Assembly: GCF_009914755.1 (NCBI RefSeq) | Contig: NC_060929.1 | Origin: the human T2T-CHM13v2.0 reference genome, Homo sapiens | DNA length: 64,000 nt | Direction: 5' to 3' (one strand) | Part shown: piece by piece, positions 1 to 13,974 of the stretch | Layout: every line of letters starts with the position of its first letter | Position numbering within the stretch: the first letter of the stretch is position 1 | The notes under the pieces: model-generated | Database searches by the model: none | What the model saw: the letters and a program-made list of their open reading frames with translations, nothing else | Told to the model about the DNA's origin: nothing | Position numbers and translations under genes: made by a program

Positions 1-554
1 ATGAAGAGGAAGCTATTTCAGTCCATAATCCTCAGAGCCAAAATTTGAATCTTAAAATGCACTTTTCATCAAAGAATCTTAACAAAAAGATTCCTGCCAA
101 TTTAACCACGACATCTAAAAATATTTCATTCCAAGGCCAAGCTTTCTGCTCAGGAGCATTCTAATTGAGACCACATTCTTCCAAAGATCTATTGAGCTGA
201 CAGTCACCTAAGTCACATGGTTCTGACACCACCAGTAGCTTCCTCAGTAAGGACTCACAACTGCATGCCATTTAGGAGTTCTGCATTTTCCTCATGATTT
301 TCTAGATTTTCAAATTTTCCTGGAACTTCTTTATATCCAATAGAGCTACTATAACTAGCCAAGTCAGAGAAACATGGAACTTTGAGTTGCAAGCCAAGTT
401 AATATATCCTTTCTCAATTAAAACATGGTAAAACTGAGACTTAGTAAATTATATTGCCAACCCAAGCACACTTAAGACAGCAGCTGGAGTGGACATTGGG
501 TCTCTTGAGTTGTCTTCATTAAGTATGTTCATAGACGACCAATAAACTTACATG

Positions 555-3265
555 AAGGCATACCACAGAAAGATACTGCTGGCTCAGTTCCAGACCACCA
601 CAATAAAGTGAATATCCCAATAAAGCGAGTCTCACAATTTTTTTGGTTTCTTAGTGCATACAGAAGTTATGTTTACACTATACTGTATCTAATAAGTGTG
701 AAATAGCATCATGTTAAAAATGTACATACCGTAATTTTAAAATACTTTATTGCTAGAAAATACTAACAATCATCTGAGCCTTCACGGAGTAGTAATCTTT
801 CTGCTGATAGAATGTCTTGGCTCCATGTTAATGGCTGCTGACTGAGCAGGGTTGTGGTTGCTAAACGCTGGCGTGGCTGAGACAGTTTCTTAAAATGAGA
901 CAACAATGAAGTTTGCTGTATCAGTGGACTCTTCCTTTCACAAAAGATTTCTCTGTGGCATGCTATCCTGTGTGATAGCATTTTACCCACAGCAGAAATT
1001 CTTTCAAAATTGAAGTCAAACCTCTCAAATCTGGCTGCCGCTTTATCAACTGAGTTTATGTAATATTCTAAGTCCTTTGTTGTCACTTCAACAATGTTCA
1101 CAGCGTCTTCACCAAAAGTAGATTCCATCTCAAGAAACCACATTCTTTGCTCATCCTTAAGAAGCAACTTGTGCATTGAAGTTTGATCATGAGATTGCAG
1201 CAATTCAATCACATCTTCAGGCTCCACTTCTAATTCTAGTTCTCTTGCTATTTCCACCACATCTGCAGTGACTTCCTCCACTCAGGCCTTGAACACCTCA
1301 AAGTCATTCATGAGAATTGGACTCAATTTCTTCCAAACTCCTGTTAATGTTGCTATTTGAACCTCCTCTCATGAATCATGAATGTTCTTAATGGTATCTA
1401 GAATGTGAATCCTTTCCAGAAGGTTTTCAATACTTTGCCCAGATTCATCAGAGGAATCACTGCCTATGGTAACTATAGCCTTACTAATTGTACTTCTTAA
1501 ATAAGACTTGAAAGTCAAAATTGCTCCTTGATTTATGGGCTACAGAATGGATGTTGTGTTAGCAAGCATGAAAACAGCATTAATCTCTTTGTACCTCTCC
1601 ATCAGAGCTCATGTGTGACTAGGTGCATTGTCAATGAGCAGCCATTATTTTCTTGTTGTTTTGTTTGTTTTCTAATTGTAATCTCATTATTATTATTATT
1701 ATTATTATTTTGAGACAAGTTCTCACTCTGTCACCCAGTTTGCAGTGCAGTGGTGTGATCTCAGTTCACTGCAACCTTTGCCACCCAGGTTCGAGTGATC
1801 CTCCACCTCAGCCTCCTGAGTAGCTGGGACTACAGGCACATGCCACCATGCCTAGCTAATTTTTGTATTTTTTGTAGAGACAGGGTTTCACCATGTTGCC
1901 TAGGCTGGTCTTGAATGTCTGGGCTCAAGGTATTTGCCGGCCTCAGCCTCCCAAACTGTTGGAATTACAGGCGTCAGCCATTGCACCTGGTTGAGCAGTA
2001 AGTCAGTAAGAATCTTTTTTTTTTTTTTTCTGAGCACTAAGTCTCAACAGTGGGCTTAAAATGTTCAATAAATCATGCTGTAAACAGATATGCTGTCATC
2101 TGGGCTGTGGTTTTCCATTTCTAGAGCACAGGCCGAGTAGATTTAGCATCATTCTTAAGGGACCTAGGATTTGAGACAGCATTCACTTAAGGTAACCAGC
2201 TGCATTAACACCTAACAAAAGTCAACCTGTGCCTTGAAGCTTTGAAGCCAGGCATTGACTTCTCCTCTTTAGCTATGACAGTCTTAGATGTCATCTTCTT
2301 CTGATAGAAGACTCTCTTATCTAATAAAGTCTTTTGTGCAGAATAGCCAGCCATCTTCACTGATTACCTTGCATCTTCTGCATAAATTGCTGTAGCTTCT
2401 CCATCAGCATTTGCTAATACACCTTGCACTTTTATGTTATGAAGACAGCTTGTTTCCATAAACATCCTAAAGCAGCCTCTGCTAGCTTCCAGCATTTCTT
2501 CTGCATCTCCTAAGCCTTCATAGAATCAAATACAGTTAGGGTCTTGTTCTGGTAATCTGGCTTTGTCTCTAAGGGAATGTTGTGACTAGTTTGATCTTCT
2601 ATCAAGAGCACTAAAACTTTCTCCATATCATCAGTAAGCCTTTTCCATTTTCTTATCTTTCATGTGTTCACTGGACTACCACTTTCAATTTCCTTCATTG
2701 ACTCCTCCTTTGCATTCAAAACTTGGCTGCTTTGAGCAAGAGACCTAGCTATCTGCCTGTCCCAGCTTTTGACACACTTTCCTCACTGATCTTAATCATT
2801 TCTAGCTTTTGATTTAAAGTGAGAGATGTGCAACTCTCATTGTAGGGCTGTGAATTGGCCCAATTTCCATATTGTTGTGTCTCAGGGAATAGGGAACCTC
2901 ACAGAGAGGGAGACGGACAGGGGGATGACCCATTGGTGGAACTGTCAGAACACACACAACATTTATCCATTAAGTTTGCTGTCTTACCTCAGTGCAGTTC
3001 ATGGTGCCCCCAAACAATTGCAATAGTAACATCAGAGATCACTGATCACTGATCACCACAGAAAATATAATAATAATGAAACAATTTGAAATATTGTGAT
3101 AATTACCAAAATGTGACACAGAGACACAAAGTGAACACATGCTACTAGAGAAACAGGCTCATTATAGACTTGCTCATTTCAAGGTTGCCACAAACCTTCA
3201 ATTTATAAAAATGCAATGTTTGCAAGGCACAATAAAGCAAGCTAGAATAAAACAAGGTATATCTA
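555..3265 (-). mobile_element. Tigger1 DNA transposon (TcMar/pogo), near full length, decayed, interrupted by an Alu
   Basis: Ends resemble the Tigger1 TIRs (AGGCATACC...GTTCCAGACCAC at 555; AATAAAACAAGGTATATCT at ~3247-3265). ORF 763-1281(-) [24 protein letters not shown]... matches the Tigger1 transposase C-terminus. Length minus the Alu is about 2.4 kb. Confidence 0.9.
1687..1992 (-). mobile_element. Alu (old, AluJ-like) inserted in Tigger1
   Basis: (TTA)n tail, then TGAGACAAG...CTCAGCCTCCTGAGTAGCTGGGACTACAGG...CCCAAACTGTTGGAATTACAGGCGT; TGAGCAG occurs on both flanks. Confidence 0.92.
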
Positions 3266-5908
3266 TATTCTGGTATTCACCCAAGATAGGTAAAATGGGA
3301 CTATTACTCCCCTTTAATGAATGAGTAAAGTGAGCCCAGTCTATCTGTGAATATCCTCAGGATGACTAAGCATCAGAAGTAGAACTCGCATCTGAGACTC
3401 CTGATTCACTTCAGGGTCTTTCTATCATTGTGATTTACAAGGAGCATCACACTGACATGGACATTTATTTGTCCAGTACAAATGAGTCAATGACAATTTA
3501 AATGGTCTGGTTCCCTACCATTCTTCAAAGAAAGACATGCTATATCATAAGAGAAAGTTACAATTACCAGAGACTGCAGTCCACAAAGGATAATGAGGGA
3601 TAAATGTGTCTGTTAAATCAATTTTGAAGTTTCATTTAAGTAACCAATCAACCATTCTTTCACACCTGAAGCTAATCAAAAGGCCCTAACACTCAGACCT
3701 ACATACAGGGTACAACACACCATAAACATCTGTTATTTAGACACCAGAGATGGAATTTCCCATCTGTTGCTTCAAAACAAATAATCATCTTTAAAAAATA
3801 AAACAAACATCACAAAAAAATTTCTTTGAAGATAATTTTAGGTTATTAAGGTTGGAAGCTGAAAAAAATGTTAATTTTTCAACAAGTGACAATCTAGCTG
3901 GACAAATCCATGGGTGTAGCATAAGGCTAAGTAAGGAATCTGGCTTGGAATTTTCAACACTTGGTTCTAATCATTAATGTTGCAATGTTGTCCCATTTAC
4001 AACCTGATATTCATTTTTGCACTTCAACATCTCATGATTTTTCAGCAACAGTAAATAGCTTTAAGTGATGACACCTTGCCTTAACTGGATCTATATTTTG
4101 ACTAGCAGGTCTTGGCATTGTTTCCACCTCAGATATCTCTCCAAAATGTTGCATGTAGGCAAAAAATGAATAGAACTTAAAGGAAAGAAAAATAAAAATT
4201 CTACCACTCTAAACAATGTTAGGATATAATACCTTTAAGTTATTAGCTAACCTACTGCAGCAACCTCTAGTCATCTCATGATTATCTCTTTGGGTTCTAA
4301 ATTTTTCTTGATATGTTTCACAAAATCTCATTTTGTGATGCTCTAAAGAGGGAGGTGGTGGTAAAATAAGACTTGGGACTGAGAGAAGAGCATAAAAAAA
4401 GCAAAATGCAAAAGAGAGGAGTCTGAATCAATCACGTGTAGGATGCACAGAATCACACCTGATTTCTATATTACTTTGTTTTAAACAGCATAATTTAGAT
4501 TCACATTCCTGAGACATAAGAAGGTACCCACATTAAGACATCTTTTATTTTTATGCTGAAGCTCAAAATATAAACTGATAAAAGACCTTTCAAATTCACC
4601 AAAAGTGAATATTTGTATATCTGAGAAATTAAATACTATCCCAAGAAACATTCTCTAACCACACAGATTTTCATAATGTGAGGGAAATTTTTGGTTCTGA
4701 AACATCCAATATTATCTTTAGTCTGCGTTTATATTGCATGTGATAAAAACTTTCTCTAAATTAGAATATGAGAAGATTAATGTCATTAAAACATTTCAGA
4801 AATAGCAGAATTCCCTTGCATACTCATAAGGTATAAGCACAGTATTCATTTGCTTCAGAATCTTATGAAATCTCGGGATTATCTCTTATCTTTAGACAGT
4901 GTATGAGGACTATGTTGGTTACTGAGCTTCTTCTTGTTTGAATTCTGGGAATATGGAAATTTATATAATGTTGAGAACTAATTTTCAAGTCCTGAGGGGT
5001 GGCTTAGAAATGTTTTGCATAAAAGTTTATATACTATACCCCTTTATTTAATAATTAATCCAATTTCTAGACAGAACTATGCCAAAACACAACCTTCTGA
5101 AACGTGCTGTGTACTATCAGGACTGAAAGTAACACTGGAATTCTACATTAAAATGTGGCCTATCTAGAGGGACTTCTCCAAAGCATGAGATTTTAAAAAC
5201 ACAGAGTAGAAAAGTCACTGGAGGAATGCCCCCAAGTATGTGGGGGCGTCTGGGACGCTTGTCATCGCATTGCATGTCTGCAGTGTTCCAATATGGGCAG
5301 CAGGGGGAGCTCCCGATTGAAGCAAACCCCCCAACACGTGTTTCCTAGTTGGGAACACAGGCTTTTTCCTCTTAACACTTGCCCCAAGTCCACGGAGGCA
5401 GCCACTAAGGAGTACTGCTGTCAATTAACTGTACAAGCTTAGGACATGTGGTGAATGAATTGCTAAAGTGAACGGGGATGACACATGGGTCTGAGCCTAC
5501 CTTTTAGAAACAGGATGGCCAATTTTTATTTTGGTGGGCAGGAGGGATTAAAGCAAGCAGCAAACAATGGAGTTGGGGCAGGAATGGGGGATGGGGGCTT
5601 GCCATTAACAGTAAACAGTGATCTTTGAAAGCAACGAGTGGGCATCAGTATTCCAGGGCCTTTATTAGTTTTGTTTGTAGGCTATATTCTCCATTAAATG
5701 TCAAATCAAAACTCTCCCTTCTTCCCATGACCCCACATCAAATCCAGAAAATCACTTAATGAACTGGGTTTCTCATTGAGCCTGAGGAGATGAGGCTTCT
5801 GTAGGGGGTCTCCTGCACGTGGTTGCGTTTTACACATGAATGTGTGATGCATTTTACTCCAAGTATCTGAACCAGGTTGAAAAAATCCTTAGGGACCAGA
5901 AAGAGTCA

Positions 5909-6181
<273 letters not shown>

Positions 6182-7116
6182 TCATTCATTCTCAGCAAGA
6201 GTTATCCCTGAGCATAAGACACTCTGCCCAAAACCCTTCTGCACTACTCAATCTCAAATTTTTCAATTCTCTGCTTTTTTTGTTAAAAAAAAAAAAAAAA
6301 GGTAGCAGGCACACACTCCTCTAACAAATGCTGTATTGAATATGCACACACGTATGCTGTGAACAAGGGATTCCAGCTCTGTCTACATATGCATATGTCT
6401 CAGCATGTGAATGCACACAACTCACAGAAGCACAAGAATCCTTCTAGTCTAAGGGATTTTTATATTTTGCGCTGAAACCCCCTCCTCCTCAGTCTTTCCC
6501 ACCCCCTTCTGTGCACAGGTTTTAACTCTTTGAGCTTCATAAGAGTCTGAAGCAATATTAAGTGAGTCTATCAGCATATCTAGGGCTGCAGCCAGAGAGA
6601 GATTCTTCTTTCCCCTACCTTCTCTAACCCTCCCATTTTCTCCCTACCCTCCCATCCCCCAGTCCTCCCCATTTCTGTGAGGCTGGGAGGAGTGGATTAT
6701 ATCCAGACATGAGCCACTGTAACCCTGGCCAGAAGAACTCTTCCAAAGTAGGCAGGCACAGGGGGTTAACGCCACCTCTCAACCAACTGCCTGCACGTCT
6801 TGTCCTAAAAAATGTTAACGGTGGCCTTCCGCAAGCCGGGTTCTCTCGGCACACCATTAACTAAACTTAAGAGGTTTGTGTCTCAACAAAGCAAAGGCAG
6901 GGAAGCAAAGGATTCATAACAGTGAAGCTGAAAGACAGCAGTCACCAAATTTGAGTACACACTAAGAGGGTCTCATTGAAAGACCACGGAAGTGGTGGGT
7001 AGCAATAATCCAGCTTAAGTTTTGATCAGTTTCTCAATATGGTAAAATAGAGACACATTCAGGACACCACATGCACCCACAACTAGGGAGAGGGAAGAGA
7101 GCGCGCACAAAGCTCA

Positions 7117-7287
<171 letters not shown>

Positions 7288-7410
7288 TCAATAAGGAAGC
7301 AGGCATAGCGTTTTCAGCATCGGATCCCTACTACATTTCCCTGCTCACAGAGGTATGCAGACAGAACCCTTCAAAGTGAGAACGGAAAAGAGAAACGCTG
7401 GGCACACTTA

Positions 7411-7563
<153 letters not shown>

Positions 7564-7573
7564 CTAATGTGAG

Positions 7574-7583
7574 GCGCATGCGC
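7574..7583. promoter_or_regulatory. NRF1 consensus palindrome GCGCATGCGC
   Basis: Perfect GCGCATGCGC about 90 bp upstream of the GABRB2 ATG. Confidence 0.65.
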
Positions 7584-8402
7584 ACGGCGTACCAAAACAT
7601 CAAAGGGGAAGCGGCGGCTGCCGGGGACCGAGCAGATTTCCTTGTTTAAAAAAAAAAAAAAAAATTAAAAGGGAAAAAGGAAAAACATGTATATGTATAA
7701 TACATACATATTTGAATAATATAGAAAAGTCACCCCACAGCAGCATCCAGAATAAAATTTTTGTTGTTATCCTTTCGTTAAGACAAAATAACTACAGCGT
7801 CTGGTAAGTTTCGGTAGTTGCAAGAGGCAGTTTTGCACCGAGCGGGTTGTGGGTTTTTGGTGTGTGTGTGTGTCCTTTTAAATATGCAAAACCAGATTAG
7901 AAAATTAGAGGAGAGCAGGTGTGGCGTGCCAGCGGAAGATAGGTGCCGGTAAGCCCACTTCTGGTCTCAGCCGGACACGGGGCAAGGAGTTTGAACTTTA
8001 TTTCCTTGGCAAATAGCATGCCCTGCCTGGGGCGAGACTGGGATGGGGGGGGCGGGGGTTGTGCAGCGGGTGGGAGGAGGGGGGAGGGGGCGTTGGGAGT
8101 CGAAGCGGGAGGGAGGGAAAAAACCAATGGGAGGAATGCTGAGCAACCCGTTGGATTTGGGGCGGGGGGTTGGGGAGGCGGGTACAGAATAAGAAAGGCA
8201 CGGAAAAATAAAAAAGGAAGAAAGAGAAAGAAAAGAATAAAATAATGGCTGGTCTCTTCTAGTAGTCAAAGAGCAAGCTTTTCTTCACTACTCACGAGCG
8301 ATTTCTTTCTCCTCTCCTCACCCTTTGCCCCCTATTCCCAGAGAAGAAAACCTCGGGGTCCTGTTTTCTCGCCGTGTGACGTTCCTGACCCGCTAGTCCG
8401 GG

Positions 8403-8412
8403 TTATTTATAG
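8403..8412 (-). promoter_or_regulatory. TATA box / MEF2-type element CTATAAATAA
   Basis: Isolated AT block in GC-rich DNA, oriented toward GABRB2; fits both TATAAA and YTA(W)4TAR. Confidence 0.5.
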
Positions 8413-8733
8413 CAGGAGGGGAGGGGGGCGAGGGGAGCAGAAAGGCAATGCTGTCTCTCCAGGTTTCGGTCTGATTCTGCAGTGGGAATTATTAGTGGGC
8501 AGGGTGGGGTTTGCATGAGGGGGAGATGGGACGTGGAGGCGTGAGGGATGCGGGTGACGGGCGCCCTAGCGCAGGTGCGGGGGACTGGAGGGCGTGGGCG
8601 ACCGCACAGAGCAGGAAGGGCAGGTGGCCGGGTGGGACGCGCCCCGGCCGGTCCCCCAGCGCCCCCTCCGCTGCGCGCACCCGCGCGCACACACGTGCAG
8701 GCGCACTCCCCACCCGCCGCCATCCCTCCTTAC

Positions 8734-8970
8734 CTCGCAGGCCCGCGCTCGCCGCCCACTCCCGCGGCGTGCGGAGCTGGCGCCCCCGGCCCCTCGTCCG
8801 GGACAGGGGACGGGGACTCCCGGCTGTTCAGGGGCTGTACCTCTGGATACAAGAAGCCGGAGCGGTCCCTAGAAGGCAGGCAAAATGAGGAAGAGCCCCT
8901 CACCTCCGGAGGCACTGTGTTCTCCCGCGGTCTCCGCGCCACCTCGTCCTCTTCTTCCCTTCCCCGCGCC
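8734..8970 (-). other. GABRB2: Probable non-coding first exon of GABRB2 (5' end approximate)
   Basis: Donor GAG|GTAAGG at 8734 inside the CpG island, with a second possible donor GAG|GTGAGG at 8904; no ATG on the minus strand in this stretch; matching acceptor at 7520. Confidence 0.55.
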
Positions 8971-9389
8971 CAGGGGACTCGCACACCCAGAGGCTGCCTC
9001 TTCCCTTCCTCCTGAAGCTCAGGCCGCCTCGCCGTGGCCGCCGGGACCCGGAGGAGGCAGCAAGCTTGGGGTGGGGAAATTGGGGGAGGGAGATACTCAA
9101 TTCACAAAAGAAGTCTTCCCTCCGCTCCAGGGAAAGAGAGGAGCCACGGGCGGCGTGAGGTGCTACGAGTCTGGGGACACAAGGCCGTCCGAAGGAACCG
9201 GAGTCCACACCAGCGGCTCTCCGGGTACTCCTGAGTTTATCTTGGAACTGGGGAAGAGGCGGGAAGAGTAGACGTTCCCGCTACCCCTCCCCCAACCCCA
9301 CCCTGGGTGAAGAACTGGAAAGGCCAGAGCTCAAATCTCTATTCTGGACCCCAATGCTTAGCCTCTCACTGCTGCTGCCAATCATGGTC

Positions 9390-9600
9390 ACTATTAAGTG
9401 AGTTCCTACTTCGTGCCAGAGCGCTGCATTCATTAATTCTGACAACAGTTCTAGCGTTTAGCTATCACTTCAGTGTCCCCATTTTATAGATTCAGAAATT
9501 GTCTCACTGAAGTCAAGAAGCTCGCCCAAGGTCACTCAGATGGCATGAGGTGAAACCAGGATTGGACTTCAGAGCCAGCGTTCCTAACCACTGAACTAGA
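9390..9600. mobile_element. MIR SINE
   Basis: CCCCATTTTATAGAT...GCCCAAGGTCAC...CCTAACCACT core. Confidence 0.7.
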
Positions 9601-9619
9601 CAGCCTACACTCCGAAGTC

Positions 9620-10180
9620 TCCTGAGTCAGCGACCTTGCCCGCTGCCAGCGCTTTGCTGTGGCGGGTCAAGCTCCTGGCGCCCGAGGAGCCCGCGGCGGC
9701 TGCGGGTGGAGTTGAGCGCGGACCGCACGAGCTAGACCCGGCCGGTGTCTGCGGAGAGGAGGGGTCGCCGGCCCGCAGAGTTGGCGGCAGGCGGCGGAAG
9801 TAGCTCCACAGGCTTGCGACCCCGGCAGCCCTGGGGGCTCCTCAGGGTCCTGTTCCGTGCTGCACTCTTGACCCACTTACCTTCTGATAACCTTTCCCCT
9901 CCCCCACCTTGGTCAGAGGGTCATCTGGGGGTAGTTTGTGGGGATGACTCCGGGGGAAGTGTGGAGGCGGGAGGGCTTTAAAAGGGGGGAATCCGACAGC
10001 TCCTCTGGGATGGATGATAAACAGGAAAAGAAAGCCGAGTTCCTTCACCGACCAAGGGAGTTTCTAGGTTAGGAACAGGTAAAGCCCAGCACCATGAACA
10101 TAGTGCTGATCTACCGCGCGGCGCTCTATAGACTCCCAGGCTCATAGGAGCCCATCCAAAGACGCGCGCTTACTCACACA
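9620..10180. promoter_or_regulatory. Second, distal CpG-rich block with a strong minus-strand donor AAG|GTAAGT at 9881
   Basis: CpG-dense 9640-9830 and 10110-10170; consensus donor ACTTAC at 9875-9880. Confidence 0.6.
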
Positions 10181-10789
10181 CACGCACACACACATACACA
10201 CGAGGGTGGGGGAGGAAGGTCTGTAAGTCTCCCATCTGCAGTTACTTGGGTTTAGCGTTACCTCAGAATGTAGAACTATAGCCAAGGAAAACTGCTGATT
10301 TTCCTTTCTCTTTACTCCTATACACAGTGAGAATCTTTTGCACCAGCTGAGTAGAATGATGGGTAGGGGGAGGATCGGGGTGGGGGGGTGGTTAGGGCAT
10401 TATCAGCATGATGTCCAGAAGATTCCTAAAGCAGTTTAGTCTCAAGTAACAAAATGATGAAGTCCTAAAATGCTCCCCTTCCCCTCGAACCTCTAACACA
10501 TCTCAAAATAGGGTTTTCCTTCTGACCCTCAGTTACCCACGTTTTTCTTTCTGCACCATCAGCCCCTTCTACCTAGGCTCGCTTCAGTGTAGGTTGAGAG
10601 AACAAAATTCAGTAGACAGAACAAACCACAAATACTGTCACCCATCTATAATGATAATAATAATAATAATAATGGCCCAGGGAATGATGAAACAAGTATA
10701 TATTAAAGGTCTACTATATACAGAAAGTTAAGAAAGAGAGGGGCAAAGAGTTAAAATAGCTTGCATGTCAGCAAGTAAAATTGTGTAGT

Positions 10790-11000
10790 GTAAACTGAGA
10801 GCATAAAAGAACCGGAGGTAAATCTTTGGGTTCAAAACCCAGGTCAAATACTTAGTAACTTTGTAACTCAGGCAAGTCATTTAACCTCTAAGCCTTAGTT
10901 TCCTCTTCTGGAAAACTGAGAAGGAAAAGAATACCCTCTCCACTGGATTGCTCTAGAATGAGGTACATATAGGTGTAGTATTTGGCTGTGATTAATAAAT
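10790..11000. mobile_element. MIR SINE
   Basis: GGGTTCAAAACCCAG...GGCAAGTCATTTAACCTCTAAGCCTTAGTTTCCTC core. Confidence 0.75.
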
Positions 11001-11111
11001 ATTAGTAATCTTTTAATGAATAAGCCATAATGAATGTACAGGAAAACAAACAAGGTTTAGTGTCACTCAGCTATACAAACTGAGTAGATATAGATTTGGT
11101 GCCATTATTAT

Positions 11112-13114
11112 TATTATTTAAATATACTTTAAGTTATGGGATACCTGTGCAGAACTTGCAGGTTTGTTACATAGGTATACACGTGCCGCGGTGGTTTGCT
11201 GCACCCATCAACCGGTCATCTACATTACGTATTTCTCCTAATGCTATCCCTCCCGTAGCCCCTCACCCCCCAACAGGCTCTGGTGTGTGATGTTCCCCTC
11301 CCTGTGTCCATGTGTTTTCATTGTTGAACTTCCACTTATGAGTGAGAACATGTGGTGTTTGGTTTTCTGTTCCTGTGTTAGTTTGCTGAAAATGATGGTT
11401 TCCAGCTTCATCCATGTCCCTGCAAAGAACATGAACTCATCCGTTTTTATGGCTGCATAGTATTCCATGGTGTATATGTGCCACATTTTCTTTATCCAGT
11501 CTATCGTTGATGGGCATTTGGGTGGGTTCCAAGTCTTTGCTATTGTGAATAGTGCTGCAATAAACATACATGTGCATGTGTCTTTATAGTAGAATGGTTT
11601 ATAATCCTTTGGGTATATACCCAGTAATGGGATGGCTGGGTCAAATGGTATTTCTGGTTCTAGATCCTTGAGGAATCACCACCCTGTCTTCCACAATGGT
11701 TGAACTAATTTACACTTCCACCAACAGTATAAAAGCATTCCTATTCCTCCACATCCTCTCCAGCATCTGTTGTTTTCTGACTTTTTAATGATCGCCATTC
11801 TAACTGGCGTGAGATGGTGTCTCATTGTGGTTTTGATTTGCATTTCTCTAATGACCAGTGATGATGAGCTTTTTTTTGTATGTTTGTTGGCTACATAAAT
11901 GTCTTCTTTTGATAAGTGTCTGTTTATATTCTTTGCCTACTTTTTGATGGGGTTGTTTGATTTTCCCTTGTAAATCTGTTTAAATTCCTTGTTGATTCTG
12001 GATATTAGCCCTTTGTCAGATGGACAGATTGCAAAAATTTTCTCCCATTCTGTAGGTTGCCTGTTCACTCTGATGATAGTTTCTTTTGCTGTTCAGAAGC
12101 TCTTTAGTTTAATTAGATACCATTTGTCATTTTTCACATTTGTTGCCATTGCTTTTAGTATTTTAGTCATGAAGGCTTTGCCCATGACTATGTCCTGAAT
12201 GGTAATGCCTGGGTTTTCCTCTAGGGTTTTTATGATCTTAGGTCTTACATGTAAGTCTTTAATCCATCTCGAGTTAATTTTTGTATAAGGTGTAAGGAAG
12301 GGGTCCAGTTTCAGTTTTCTGCATATGGCTAGCCAGTTTTCACAACACCATTTATTAAATAGGGAATCCTTTCCTTATTGCTTGTTTTTGTCAGATTTGT
12401 CAAAGATCAGATGGTTGTAGATGTGTGGCATTATTTCTGAGGCTTCTGTTCTGTTCTATTTGTCTGTATACCTATTTTGGCACCAGTACCATGCTGTTTT
12501 GGTTACTGTAGACTTGTAGTATAGTTTGAAGTCAGGTAGCATGATGCCTCCAGCTTTGTTCTTTTTGTTTAGGAATGTCTTGGCTATACAGGCTCTTTTT
12601 TGGTTCCCATTGAAATTTAAAGTGGTTTTTTTTCTAATTGTGTGAAGAAATCAATGGTAGCTTGGTGGGCATAACACTGAATCTATAAATTACTCTGGGT
12701 AGTATGGCCATTTTCACCATATTGATTCATCTTATCCATGGGCGTGGAATGTTTTTCCATTTGTTTGTATCCTCTCTTATTTCCTTTCGCAGTGGTTTGT
12801 AGTTCTCCTTGAAGAGGTCCTTCACATCCCTTGTAAGTTGTATTTCTAGGTATTTTATTCTCTTTGCAGCAATTGTGAATGGGAGTTCACTCATGATTTT
12901 GCTCTCCGTCTATTATTGGTGTATAGGAATGCTTGTGATTTTTGCAGATTGATTTTGTTTCCTGAGACTTTGCTGAAGTTGCTTATCAGCTTAAGGAGAT
13001 TTGGGGCCAAGACAATGGGATTTTCTAAATAGACAATCATGTCATCTGCAAACAGAGACAATTTGACTTCCTCTCTTCCTATTTGAATACCCTTTATTTC
13101 TTTGTCTTGCTTGA
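11112..13114 (-). mobile_element. 5'-truncated L1 (L1PA7/8-like), about 2 kb
   Basis: L1 3' UTR plus ORF2 remnants (ORFs 11244-11567, 12891-13124 with LFADDMIVY). Perfect 16-bp TSD TTGGTGCCATTATTAT at 11096-11111 and 13115-13130. Confidence 0.96.
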
Positions 13115-13268
13115 TTGGTGCCATTATTATAAGTCAGCCTGAGAATAAAGGAGCAGATATTTCATGGGAATTAAGGAAGGGTGAAGAAGAAGAGGTATTA
13201 AAAATCCAAGCAGCAATCAAACAGAGAAAAGATTAAAGAATATGCATTCTCTATGCAATAACATCTCA

Positions 13269-13648
<380 letters not shown>

Positions 13649-13974
13649 TTATGCCTAAAGTGAGTCTCAGTCATACAACAGGAGCAACACTGGCCATCTA
13701 TCTGGACGACTTTGCTGACAATACTGCCTCAGAAGATGCAAAATGAGAACAATAACGTGGAATCTGTAGATGTGTTAGTTGCTGAAGAGTATCCTCCACG
13801 ATCCCAAATGTAGAATGAGAAGGCAAAATGTAAGTACTCTTAACAGGCCATATTTCAAAATCATCTCAGTATGAAACATATAAATACAAGTTTAAAAAGT
13901 CACCAACCATCTTCCATTAGTCTTTAATGTAATATGGAAACATTATTCAGTAAATATGTAGCAGGCTTCTAATC

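Larger units (their letters stand above)
8370..9280. promoter_or_regulatory. GABRB2: CpG island / GABRB2 promoter
   Basis: Very GC- and CpG-rich stretch with GC boxes and CACGTG, 5' of the first coding exon; contrasts with the AT-rich flanks. Confidence 0.9.

Noticed and set aside
7897-10048. Many overlapping Pro/Gly/Arg-rich ORFs of 60-155 aa
   Set aside because: Expected from stop-codon scarcity in a CpG island; no recognisable domains.
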